A stretch of 45,552 nucleotides of DNA, filler included, from Streblomastix strix (taxonomy: Eukaryota), in NCBI GenBank assembly GCA_008636045.1. It is 2 parts of 2 records of this genome, joined end to end, with 100 filler letters (N's around TTAATTAATTAA, not from the genome) between each part and the next. Parts side by side here need not be neighbours in the genome. Positions count along the whole stretch, not along the records: positions 1 to 22,734 come from SNRW01000311.1; positions 22,835 to 45,552 come from SNRW01000312.1. One strand, given 5' to 3'. Position 1 is the stretch's first letter; each line of letters starts with the position of its first letter. Made by a program: the position numbers and the translations under genes. The notes beneath the pieces are model-generated. The model was not told the DNA's origin. It did no database searches and worked only from the letters and a program-made list of their open reading frames with translations. Of the stretch, positions 12,957 through 24,900 are shown piece by piece.

Positions 12957-15900
12957 ATGTTTATGCATCATTTCACCATGATTATCCTGTTTTTATCTCT
13001 GATTTCTGCAAAATCAACTAATTATCAAAACATTTCACATAATCATCCAGCGTCATTATATTCATATCATTAATCAGTATCGTAGAAAGTGCATTATAAT
13101 GCAGGTACACCATTAGGAATAATATAATATTATAATTCGATATTATCAATTTGGTAGGATTTATAATGGACTGAAACAATCAACAGTAAGATTATTAGAT
13201 TTACTTATTAGATGACTGGTGTAAATATTGGAACACTCAGTACCCAAAATGCATCTAACTTTGAATATTTTGAATGTTTATAAGATGGAGCATTAATTGA
13301 TGCTATTAGAACAATACCCCCTTTCTAATCAAATTCGGGGTAATTAACATTATTAGATGGATATATACATGATATTATTCTATCAGATTGTTCATTAATC
13401 GAAATTTCTGGATAAAGCTCCACATCAACCGCATAAGTAGAGATTAGACATTGTCGATTCGAGAGAATTTCACTTCACAAAGCAAATGATGCAAATCCCG
13501 TATGAATTTTCTATTATATAAATTATTTATAAATAATTTATTAATATTATTTTAAACACTCTTATTTTATGTATTATTTATTTTACTTAATAGAATAATC
13601 ATTCAATTCTACCATCTCAATGTTGTGTAATCCAAATCAAAGTTCCAAACACGTCACATTATGATTCTCATTCATATTAGTTTGTAGATAATTTATTCTG
13701 TAGTATAACAGCTGGTGAAATTGATGATCCTTTGTTTCGAATGACTGCACATTCAGATTATGCGCCAGTAATGATCACATATGAAGGATATCCTTCAGTT
13801 TAAATAGGTAGTTGCGAATGTAACATATTACTAAAAAGATCAAGATTCATATCAACACATGGTTCACACACAGGCGCTATTGATATCCGAGGCAGGATTC
13901 AAACAGTTTAACTTGATCTTATGACTTTCAGCAAGACAGTCGCGCAAGATGGAATAATTTTCACTTCAGGCGCTGCTTATGGGAATGTGCTTTATGTTGC
14001 TGGAAATGATGACATCTCACATTTTGCTTCTGGGTTTATCAATCTTTGCAGATCTGATTCTGATTCGCCCAAATTAGCTGCGTAGAGTAATCTCGATATT
14101 GGATCATTTGATTACCTCGTTCCAGATTTCTATAATACAATTACAGTTTCTGTAAGTGGAAGTGACACTACAGGAATTGGAATTGATACAAATCCATTCT
14201 AGACTGTTTATACTGCAGTTGCATTAAGTAATCCAAAGAAAGCTTCATTTGTAGAGAAAATATTTGATTAGGAAAATGTTATGACTACTATTAATATTAA
14301 AGCTGGAACTTATATTGAGCCAAGAATAAGGATAATATCTGAAAGAATATCAGTGAATGGAGAAGGAATGCAAAACACAATAATTAAGAATGATATCACT
14401 TCAGATGAAAAAACATCATGTGTTTTATCAATTGAAACAGATAATACTGAATGTAAACTGGATATTAATGACATTGCATTTGAACAGCAGAATTAAGGAT
14501 CATTAGGTTATGATGCTTTAATTATGATATAATATGGGGAAGTAAGATTATATAGTTGCTCCTTTAGATAAACAGATCCATCTATTTAACACAATACACC
14601 ATACATCAGAATCATGCAGAAATATATAGCATTATCTGGAATATCAATCTCAAATAGCAACTTCAGTTATAATACAGCTGCAATTGAAGTTATTCCCGGA
14701 GGTGGAGCAATATTAAACGGATGTAACTTCACTAGTATAAGTGGTGCAGCAGTTTTGAGTGCAGTTCTATCTGAAATATAAGCTGATCTAATAATGTATA
14801 ATTGTAAGTTTCTTACCTGCTAAAGCTATTCAGGATCTATTCCAAGTGGCAGTCCTATTTCTATTTCATGCTCATTTCAATAGGATTTCTCCAATAATAA
14901 AGTTCAATCAATTCTCAAATCTCCTGTTTGCTTCTTCACCCAATGTGAATTTAATGGAAACACTGGATATGTTAATTGTGAAGTACAATTCCTAGATGAA
15001 CCTATATCAATCGGATTTGTGCAATGCAATATTAATAGCAATAATATATCATTTAGCAGTTAATGGGATAATACTTATTTAAATGAAGCCAAATCCTATT
15101 CATTTGGTGGATGTTCTGGAAGTGCTTCAGATGCAACAATCTATGTGAATATAAATGGTTTAGATATCGATCCAGGAACTTCCACAAATCCTTTCAGAAC
15201 ATTATCATAAGCCATTAATTAGAAGACTTAAGGTGGATAATCATTACTTACTCTATCAATTGGATAAGGAACTTGGGAAGATGATGGATTAAATATTGGG
15301 GCTCGATCAATCAGTATTGAAGGTGCTGGCGCCAATGATACGGTTTTGATGAATCAAATATCAAATAGAGTTTGGTTGGCTTGTGTTATTGGAGGTAAAC
15401 TTTATATTGTCAAAATTGGACTTAGATAAGCATCAGCATCAGAATCGTATGGTGGAATGCTTACTTTATTGGGAGGAGGGTAAATTGAACTCACTTCTGT
15501 TGCTATCAAGTAACGAGATCTGTAGTTGAACTAGACAAGCAGCACAATATATGCATCAGCAGGTAGTATAATTATCACTGAAAGTTCATTTGAGAGAGTA
15601 TCATTTACAAATACACTTTCTCCTCCTGTATATGCAGCAACTATATACTGCGAAGATAAATTCGGATCATTATCAATCACCAATTCAAATTTCACACAGA
15701 AATACACATCATTAGTTGATCCTCCTACTTCTGATTCATTAAAACTTCAAAATAATGTTGAATATGGAGGAGGATGTATTGTTATATAAAATGCACAGGT
15801 TCTGAGACTTGTTGAATGCAACTTCACACAGAATAATGGATGGCGCACTGGTGTTATAAATATCTAGAAGATGAGGAACAATTGGTTATTTTAAGAAAAT

Positions 15901-18900
15901 GAATAAAGCACCATTACATCTTATATATAAATTTCGCATTGCAACTTCATTAACAATAATTGCCTAAAAGATACAGCAATATAATCCATCTCACTAAAAC
16001 GTAATATTGGACATGATATTATTCTAGATCATATATACACTAAGAATGAAACCATCAGAAATATAACACAAAGCAGTTCCTCATCACAAGTGCCGAAGAT
16101 AGGAAGTGTGCATAAGCAATTTCAATTAGGAATACTCGATTACATTCTTTTCATAAGACGAACTGTTGAAACAGCTTATGTCAGCATTGAAGGTATAAAC
16201 CAAATCACTGCATCTTCTGGGCAGCACATTAATCCATTTCAAACAGTTGAATTCGCGATATTTCATATCACATCAATGACTCAAGCTGCTCATATCTTAC
16301 TGTTTCCTGGGAATTTCACTGAATAAGCGTTATTTGTAGGAGGTCACAATTTAGTAATAACAGGAACACCGCTTGGACTTGATGAACCAGAATAAAACAT
16401 TTCAGCGTACAATACTCCTGGCTTATCTGAGATATAGAATAGCAATGCGCTGAATTAGGATTTAATTCAAGTATTTAATGGTATTCTTACACTTCAGCTT
16501 CTGGTTATACGGTTGGATAATAGTAATGGTGTTTCAACGCCATTCTGTGCAATTGCAATTCATGGAACTCAAGCATCAGCTACAGTTGAATATTGCTCAT
16601 TTAATGTAACGGATCCAAGAGGTTATTTAGATAGAGAATTCTTATCTCTTGATAGAGGAGGAAACTTAACAATGCGATAAACATAAATACATAACATATT
16701 TGAGAAACATCAACCTATTCTTTTTATAGCAGTTTCAGAGAAATCTACTGTAATTATGCAATAAATCAATATATAAAGCTGCAAAATAAACGAATCAAGT
16801 TCAGGAGTAGTTCATCTTCAATATTTCACAGGAGGAACAGCAACACTTAGTTAGTGTTAGTTTAATTACAACGTTGCTGTAACTTTTGCATTTACTGGGA
16901 ATAAACCTTTTGGTGGAGGATTACTAATTCAATTATGCGAAAGTCCACTGTCTAGTTCTTATATATATGACACTAAGAAATAATTACTGGAAAGTTCAAG
17001 ATTGCTGCTTATTAGAGATTGCATGTATGTTTACTATATGAATTGTTATTAAATAATATAATTTATTAGAAATTAATAATATCCAATTTTTAATATATAT
17101 TAATACTTTTTTTTATTATATTCATTTTCTTATTATTTTTTTATAGTTTTGACACTAATATCGGTGATTGTAGTGGAGCAGTAACAATTTCTGGAACACG
17201 AACACTTCTATAAGAAGAAAGATTCCAATTCATACACTGTGAGTTTGAAAGCAGTATCGCAGGATCATTGTTTGAACATGCTGAAGATCCATATGGAAAT
17301 GATATGTTTTTCTATATTGTAGGTATAAATTATTATTAATATATTTAAATTTAAATTATAGAATGTGAATTTTATATTATTATTTTAAATTGGTAATATA
17401 AATAATAATTATTATTATTATTTATATTCATAGATGCTGAATAATTACTCTATAATGAAACAACTACAACTTAAGGGCAACTATCAACAATTCGATCTTC
17501 ATTTTTCAGCAACTGTACTTCTTATTCATATAGCTCATTGGTGAATTATATTGGAAATTCTGCGAGTACTGATAAACTTGATTAGTGTGCAAATTAAATG
17601 ACATTGAAAAATTATAATGATTTTTATATTTATTTTGGTAATAATTTAAATTTATTATAATTTGTATATATGAAATTGTTTTAACCTTTTATTTATTTAT
17701 TTTTATTTTTATTTTTTTATTTAGACTACTTCATGGGAATATTATTCAATAGCAATTCATTTTATATGTAGCAATAACTGGAAATAATACGAACTGTATG
17801 TTTTAACTATATAAAATTTAATTTTTTTTAACATTTTTTTTCTTAAAAAATCAAATTATATTTTTTCTCAATATTTTATGATTGTAGCTGGAAGTAAATA
17901 ATCTCCTTTAAGAATGATATCACATGCGCTCGCTATATAAAATAAGTCAGGTTTAAATAATTAAACTGATTAATACATATAATTAATTTCTGTTTAAATA
18001 CATTTATTAATTTTTGTTTTAATATATTTATTGTTTTTATTTTCGTTTTAATATATTTATTGTTTTTATTTTCGTTTCATTTTGTTAATAATATTTTATA
18101 GATGGATATAAAGAAATCATTGTAATGAAAGGATAATTTGATGAACCTATGTTTATTACAAGAGATGTTTGATAAAATAATATTTAATTAAATTATTATA
18201 ATGTTTATTTTTTTTTTTTAATAATTTAAATATTAAATTTTTATAATATATTTAATTCACTATTATTATATCCTCTAATTTATTTTAAGATCACATTTAC
18301 AATAACTGGTTAAGGATACCTGTTAACTTCACTATGCAATTCTAAAACAAAAGAAAACAGTCTGATATGGACTATGCCTGGTTTAAAATTATTTATTATT
18401 GATTTTTATTATTTATTATTGATTTTTATTATTTATTATTGATTTTTATTATTTATTATTAATTTTTATTATTTTATTCTAATTTAATTTTCAATTTTTT
18501 AATTTATTATAATTATTATTTCCCCCAATAATAAATTAGGATCTAATGTAATCATGCAAGACTGTACTCTTTTTAGATTTTCAGAGCTTAGCACTACTGC
18601 ACGACTTTTAGAATGTGACCCTGGCTCAAGGGTATGCAATTTATTATAAAATAAAAATAAAATATTAAATTTAATTTAGTTCAATTTAATTATTTTACTT
18701 TATTTTAATTTATATTATTATATTATTATATTATATTAAGCTTATAATAAAACGATGTGTTATATGTAATGATCCATAAGCGAAATAAGGAGATAAATTC
18801 AATGCAGGATTATGTAGGTATTGTAAATTTAAAATTAATAAAAGTTTTAAAAGAAAAAAAATTATTTTTTTTTAATTATTAAATTTTTTATTTATTGTTT

Positions 18901-21647
18901 ACTGTAAAACATTGATAGAGCTGCTGTTACATCAGGAGGATTCTTCGATACCACTTTTTACAATTCTTAGTTGAATGATGTTAGTCCAATTATAGTTAAC
19001 TGCAGCGCATCTGAGTTCAATTTCAATTAGATTGAAAAAAATTCTGATGGAAGTTGCCAATTTAAAACTGGATAAACAGAACCAAAAAATAATCCTACCC
19101 CAGTTTATTTTGAGTTTTATAATGTAACATTCAAACATATTTCATCAAACGAGGTTTACACTCCATTTATATCCATATATGCTACTCCAAGTTTGGGCGT
19201 ATCATTCGATCTATGCATGTTTGAAGAGAATACATTTATTCTTGTTGACTTAAGACAATCATATTTCGATACTTCTAAAGGGTAAATTGGATAAATTTAA
19301 TTCAAACACTGCACTTGGATGTCAAATGGGAAAACATGGAAATTTGATGGAAACGATTGGAAATCAGATTAAATGGTAGAATCAGGGGGACTCGTTATTT
19401 AACACTCATATTATCCAGATGGTTTAGAATATGACAATGAATTAAAAAATTGCAAGATTAATATTGGGAGTGTAATTGTGGATAGTTGTATTTTCGTGGA
19501 TAATGTTGGAACTTAAGCAAATGATATATTAATTGAAGATTCTATATATAATGAAAATTTAATTAGCTTCAGAAATTGCTTTACAGGAAGTTAAATTACA
19601 GGAACAACTTCAAACTTTGCAACATTCACATTTAAATCTGACAAAAGATCTAAGAATTCAATAAATTAGGCTTCTATTCCTGGAATATCAAGTTTTGCTG
19701 CTTTACCCGAGAGAAATTTGATTATTGATTCTACATCTATTGTTGAAGATGAATAATTAACTTATTTTGTTGCAATGATGCTTAGATCAGATCCAGGTTA
19801 TAACATTCGATTCTAAACAGGAATTAGTTTATTAGAAACTTCATTGAATGTTAGATGTATGATAAGAAAAAATACTAACAATAATATTAAAAAATGAAAA
19901 TAATAGTTTCAGTATTATTTTTATTAAATTTATTTTATTATTTGAAACATTTTTTACAGACAACAAATTATCCATTTTCAAAGATGATAGCGTACAAGAA
20001 GAAGTAATATTCAGAGCAAAAGAAGCACCCATTTCACCAAATTCTCAATTTTATTTAAATTAGGGAATTAATTATGATCCTTATTCTCCACTCATTTCTG
20101 TTGAATAATCAGGTGAGATTTATATGAAATCTATCGTTATTCTTCATTTCTATGAGAAAAGTTTGAATTCAGTAATTTAAGTCAAAGACGAAGCCAAATT
20201 CAATGGTGTATAACTTGTATTTAGACCAATTGAAGAATAACTACTTGGAATGATGATATTACCAAAAACTGAGTAAACATCACCTTATCTTCTTTGTCTT
20301 GGTGGTTTCACTATTTTAGAATCATGTGAATTCTTTCCAACCATCTTCGATAACTCTGCTGCAATTAGAACAAAATATGAAATTGGAATCAACAGCAAAG
20401 AAGGAACTTAATAAGATGATTATACTCTCACATTAAAAGGATGCTAAATGATTGGAATGAATAGAATAGATGGAGCAGAGAACAGTGGAGCGGCAATTGA
20501 AGCATATGGAATGAAAGTAACACTAGAATCGTGTATATTTGATATGAATACTTAATAATTCAATATGATGAAAAACAAAATAAATAAATAGGATATTAAA
20601 AGAAATGAAGGTGAATTAACAAAGCCAGAAGAACATCTTATTCCATCATGTGCATGGAATTCTGCGTATATCAGACAGAATACAGGAAGTCTAATTCTTT
20701 CTTAAGGAACATAACTCAAGAATCTTTTCTAAGGTGCAATTTCACTTCTTGGTGCCAATCTCACAATTGTTGATGCTGATGTACAATTCCTTAATAACAT
20801 TAACAGTGATTTATTGTAAGGAATTCATATTAATGAAGATGAACCTATAATTATAAAACCAACTCTCTTAAGAAGAAATATAGCATGTGGATATGGAAGT
20901 AGAATCACTTCACCAATTGAAAATTTCTCAGAGAATGGATTATAGGAAGATTCACTTTGGATATTGAAGACAGATGAAGGAAAATTAGGATAAAGTGAAT
21001 AGTAGGAAAATGTTTATGAAAATGAATGTTAACTATTTGGAGGATTGAAAGATGTGAAATCACCATTATTCATTCCACATATTGATAAAGCAAGTGGAAT
21101 TATGAGTTAAGATAAATTAGGATTAGATATTAGCATAATAGGAAGACATTTAGTGAGATGTGGTGTTGTGAAGTATAAAGTATGTGAGAAGATGAAAGTA
21201 ACAAATGATGATGGATAAGAATTAGAAGAGAAAGTATAGGAGAGAGAATTACACTGCCAAACTGAATTGATGGAAAATTCACTTCAATGGGATAATGAAA
21301 AAGAATTCACTATTCAAACCAGCTATTAAATTATACGTAAATGGAAAACAATGGAAATTTGGCTTATATTTGCTGATGGATAATAAATAAGCGAAATCTT
21401 GAATTTATCCATTGGAAAACTTAGTACAAGCGCAATTATCATAATTGTTGTTATTTCAGTTGTTGCTGTAATTACTGTAGTTACCATTCTGTTAGCACTT
21501 CTCTGTTACAATTACAAACAGAGGTAGAAAATCTATGCTTTGAGATAAATGGAAGAGGAAGTGGAAAATTAATCAAATTAAATTCAATTATAAGAATTAA
21601 GTGGTTAGCGAAACTTATTTTTTGAATAATCTTCATAATATGAATGA
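12957..21647 (+). CDS. ~2,450-aa type I membrane surface protein with pectin-lyase-like (right-handed beta-helix) repeats; ~11 introns
   Basis: Signal peptide MFMHHFTMIILFLSLISAKS. Many CxF/FxxN/GGA beta-helix motifs and four YVSxxG..G...PFxT..A modules. C-terminal TM segment SAIIIIVVISVVAVITVVTILLALLCY is followed by KQRQK. Stop TGA at 21645-21647. First intron 13500-13593. Length is an estimate. Confidence 0.85.
18391..18475. repeat. Intronic 20-bp tandem repeat (ATTTATTATTGATTTTTATT) x~4
   Basis: Directly visible tandem copies inside an intron of the surface protein gene. Confidence 0.9.
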
Positions 21648-22095
21648 GTTTTCTAATTAATTAATTAAATATAGTAATCTTATTTACATTTCTGTATATT
21701 TCATTCTTAATTTTATAGAGATTGTTTTATTTTTTTTTCATTACGTACTTATATCTTTTTATATATATATTTATATATATAATATTTATCATTTTCACTC
21801 GGAATAGTTATTTTTATTTTATCTTTTATTTTATTATAGTAATTATTATAGAAAATCGTTCATAGCTATTTATATTTTTATTTTATTTAGTATTTAATTA
21901 ATTATAATTAATATGAATTAATAATAAAAAATAAACAAATTTAATACAGTAGAATATATTAGTTGATTTGATTGTTATGTATACTTTAAAATTTAAAAAT
22001 TTCGCTATAATAAAAACTAAACATCAAATTATTTCATTAGTATCATATATTTAAATAATTGTTTCGTTTTCAATATTTTTATACTTTTATAAGAT

Positions 22096-22676
22096 TCGTA
22101 GCTATCCACGTATCTGGAATACTACCTTTTTATTCTGAGACTGTCAACGTATGGCAATGGGTCCAGTCAACGAAACCCAAAATATTCACGAAGTGTTAAA
22201 CATAACATTAAACTGCTTAAAATAAATAAAATCAATTTAAAATTTAACTTTAAACGTAAAGAACAAAAATTGTTAATAACATTTTTATCATATTAAAATC
22301 GTTTAATGTAGACTGGTTAAAGGATAGTATTAAATTGAAAGATAATATATATATAAAATTTAAAATTGTTGAGCGACTATAGATGAGTTAAGTAAGTAAA
22401 TATAAAAGGGAAGTAATGCTAAATTAATTAAATAATTAAATAATTAAATGTATCAAATAGAAGTGTAGTGTCCTCTTTGTCAAATGTGAATCATTGTGGT
22501 TCAATTAAACAAAATAAGCTAAAAATAAACTAAAATTAAACTAAAAATACTCCAAATAAAAAACACTTATAGGGAGGGAATGAACTGAACTCTTCTGTAA
22601 TTAGATGCATATTGGAGGAGGGTGAAGTTCATGAGGTGGGAAAAAGGTAGTATTCCAGATACGTGGATAGCTACGA
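22096..22676. mobile_element. 581-bp non-coding segment bounded by perfect 36-bp inverted repeats (MITE-like or terminus of a linear element)
   Basis: 22096-22131 TCGTAGCTATCCACGTATCTGGAATACTACCTTTTT is the exact reverse complement of 22641-22676. No clear target-site duplication. Confidence 0.6.
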
Positions 22677-22734
22677 TAACCTCTCCATTTCATTACGAGA
22701 TTATCTAGCATCCACTTAATCTGGACTACCTTTT
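22642..22734. other. 93-nt imperfect hairpin with bulged bases ending exactly at the assembly gap
   Basis: AAAAGGTAGT(ATT)CCAGAT(AC)GTGGAT(A)GCTA(C)GATAA(C)CTC-loop-GAG(A)TTATCTAGCATCCAC(TTA)ATCTGGACTACCTTTT pairs in six short stems. Confidence 0.85.
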
Positions 22735-22834
22735 NNNNNNNNNNNNNNNNNNNNNNNNNNNNNNNNNNNNNNNNNNNNTTAATTAATTAANNNNNNNNNN
22801 NNNNNNNNNNNNNNNNNNNNNNNNNNNNNNNNNN
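22735..22834. other. Assembly gap: 44 N + TTAATTAATTAA linker + 44 N
   Basis: 100-nt symmetric spacer carrying an all-frame TAA linker; artificial. Confidence 0.95.
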
Positions 22835-22940
22835 TTAAAGTTAAAGCAGCATATAATACAGTAATTGAGAAACATCTAATAAATTAGTTAATGTTTTAAT
22901 AGATAAAGAAGTTATTTCAATTGATGATTTAGACGAAGAA

Positions 22941-23724
22941 TCATGAGTCTAATATCTTTATATTTGTTGCTTCATTGCTGAATTATACTATTAAGGCTTA
23001 TCTCTTTGTTAAATTTATATATTATAGCCATATTTTATCTTTATCTAATGGTATAGAAGATTAATAATAAAATAAGTTAAATTTCTATCTAATGAATCCA
23101 CTGAAAAAGTTTATTGCATCAACATTGGCTTTTACTCTTGCATCAAGACCAATTATATCCTATAAGCATAGAAAATAAGTGATTCTTGGTTATCTATTCT
23201 TGAATATTTTTTTTAAATAAAGGTAATTGCTTATTTTAATACTGATATCACTTCATCATATAGAACTATAGTGTGAGGATATTTCATTTTAAAAATTTTT
23301 GCACCAACAGTAGAAAGAATATTCTATTTTGAATCTGACGTAAACTAATTTATTAGATGTTTCTCAATTACTGTATTATATGCTGCTTTAACTTTAATGA
23401 AATCATTAAATACAGAATCAATTTCGCCATAAGTGACATTTTTTGTTGGAATGTTAATTAATGCACTCATTTTTTATACATTTAATCATTATTGCTATCA
23501 ATAACATATATAAATAATGTATAACCATTCTTAACTTAGCACAATTTGATTAATTCTTTAAATACATTATATGATTTGCCTCTTCCTCTCTACCTTATAT
23601 GTAGATTATTAGAATTATATGTAAAGTTAATTTCATTGTGAACTGTACATTATATCTCATATTTATTAGTGATTTAACACTCTAGTAATTCATTTACATA
23701 TTGTTTAAATGATTGATTTGACAT
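22941..23724 (-). pseudogene. A32-like (FtsK/HerA superfamily) viral DNA packaging ATPase, about 260 codons, frameshifted
   Basis: MSNQSFKQYVNELLEC... has a Walker A-like NNLHIRQRGRGKSYNVFKE (first G replaced by R), a Walker B PHTIVLYDE, and the Arg-finger/Gln motif FKNRQPRITYFLCLQDIIGLDARVKANVD. Ends IKILDS-TGA. At least three frameshifts. Confidence 0.8.
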
Positions 23725-23772
23725 TTATTTACTGTTGAAACTATGTTTTATATGGTTGTACTAATACCTTAT

Positions 23773-24864
23773 ATGTATAAAATCTGTTTCTGACTATCTT
23801 TATCTGGTATGAAAAAGAAATCTTAATCTTTGTGGAATAAATGGTGCTGAAGATTTTTAGAAACTGATAGATAATAAAGATTATTGAAAATATAGTGAAT
23901 TGGCAAATGATAACTGAAATAAAATATTAGCACAATCTAGACAATAAACATATGCTCCACAAATGAATTTGATTAGTAAAAATAAAGATATTCAATTCAA
24001 GAAAATATGGTTAAATTAGCCATCATTTGAGGAATGGAAGAAACATAAAAAAGACACAAAAGATAAAATATATACGAAAAGGATAGGAGTAGAAGAAGAT
24101 ATTAATGGTGATAAATTTTCTGAGTTTGGTGCTCGTGATGATAAAGGATTTATTCAGTCAACTGATGGACTTAAAATTACAGTTCTAATTAAGTTTTAAA
24201 GAATAATTAAATATTTCACTGAAAATCCAACTAAAGCAGAACGCTAAGAGAAGTATTATAAATAAATAAAAGAAGAAGATAGATTAGCAGAAGATTATAG
24301 ACATTTCATTAAAATTATCTGTCTCCATTCTTGAAAGAGCGTGGCTATACAGTAGCATAAGTATATTCAGTTATTGGAGGTAGAATATGGAAAAGTGTTA
24401 TTGCTCCATGGTTATTGTAATATTATGATAAATCATATTAAGAATAATCATTTATTGATGATGATATAACTATTCAATCAATAAATAAAAAATTGAATAA
24501 ATCAACTAAATAAGTATATAATCAATATTTCATTGTTGGTTAAAGTTAATAAAGAGAAAATTAGATGATAAGATTAATATATGTAGGTTATACATGGTTT
24601 TGGAACGGTGATTTAGGTTAACTTCCAGATACTAAAGATGATGAAGGTGATCCAATATTTAGTATTCCTAGTGAATTAGATATTAAAAGTGCAAAATAGA
24701 AAAGAGATTACAAGAGAGCCATAGAACAGTAATAATATGAAAATAGTATGACAAAAATAAGAGCAAGGAAAGATTCTAAATTTAGTGAAAGGTTGACACT
24801 AGAAAATGCGAGATTGTTACCGTATGATTTCTAAAATGAATTAGATTATTATATAGTTGAATGA
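23773..24864 (+). pseudogene. Intronless unknown ORF (~360 codons) divergent from the ATPase; element-associated
   Basis: Protein-like text (SVSDYLYLV*KRNLNLCGINGAEDFQKLIDNKDY*KYSELANDN*NKILAQSR...QPSFEEWKKHKK...EEDINGDKFSEFGARDDKGFIQSTDGLKI...VIGGRIWKSVIAPWLLQYY...LPYDFQNELDYYIVE-TGA) with internal TGAs and frameshifts. Confidence 0.6.
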
Positions 24865-24900
24865 AAATTATTATCAAATATTATTTTTAAATTTAATGAA

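Noticed and set aside
22135..22180. Hammerhead ribozyme-like CTGAGA...CGAAAC with a GACTG/CAGTC stem
   Set aside because: The core lacks the CUGANGA spacing, the stem does not abut GAAA, and I found no stems I and III.
22779..22790. TTAATTAATTAA palindrome
   Set aside because: Artificial scaffolding linker centred in a 100-nt gap.
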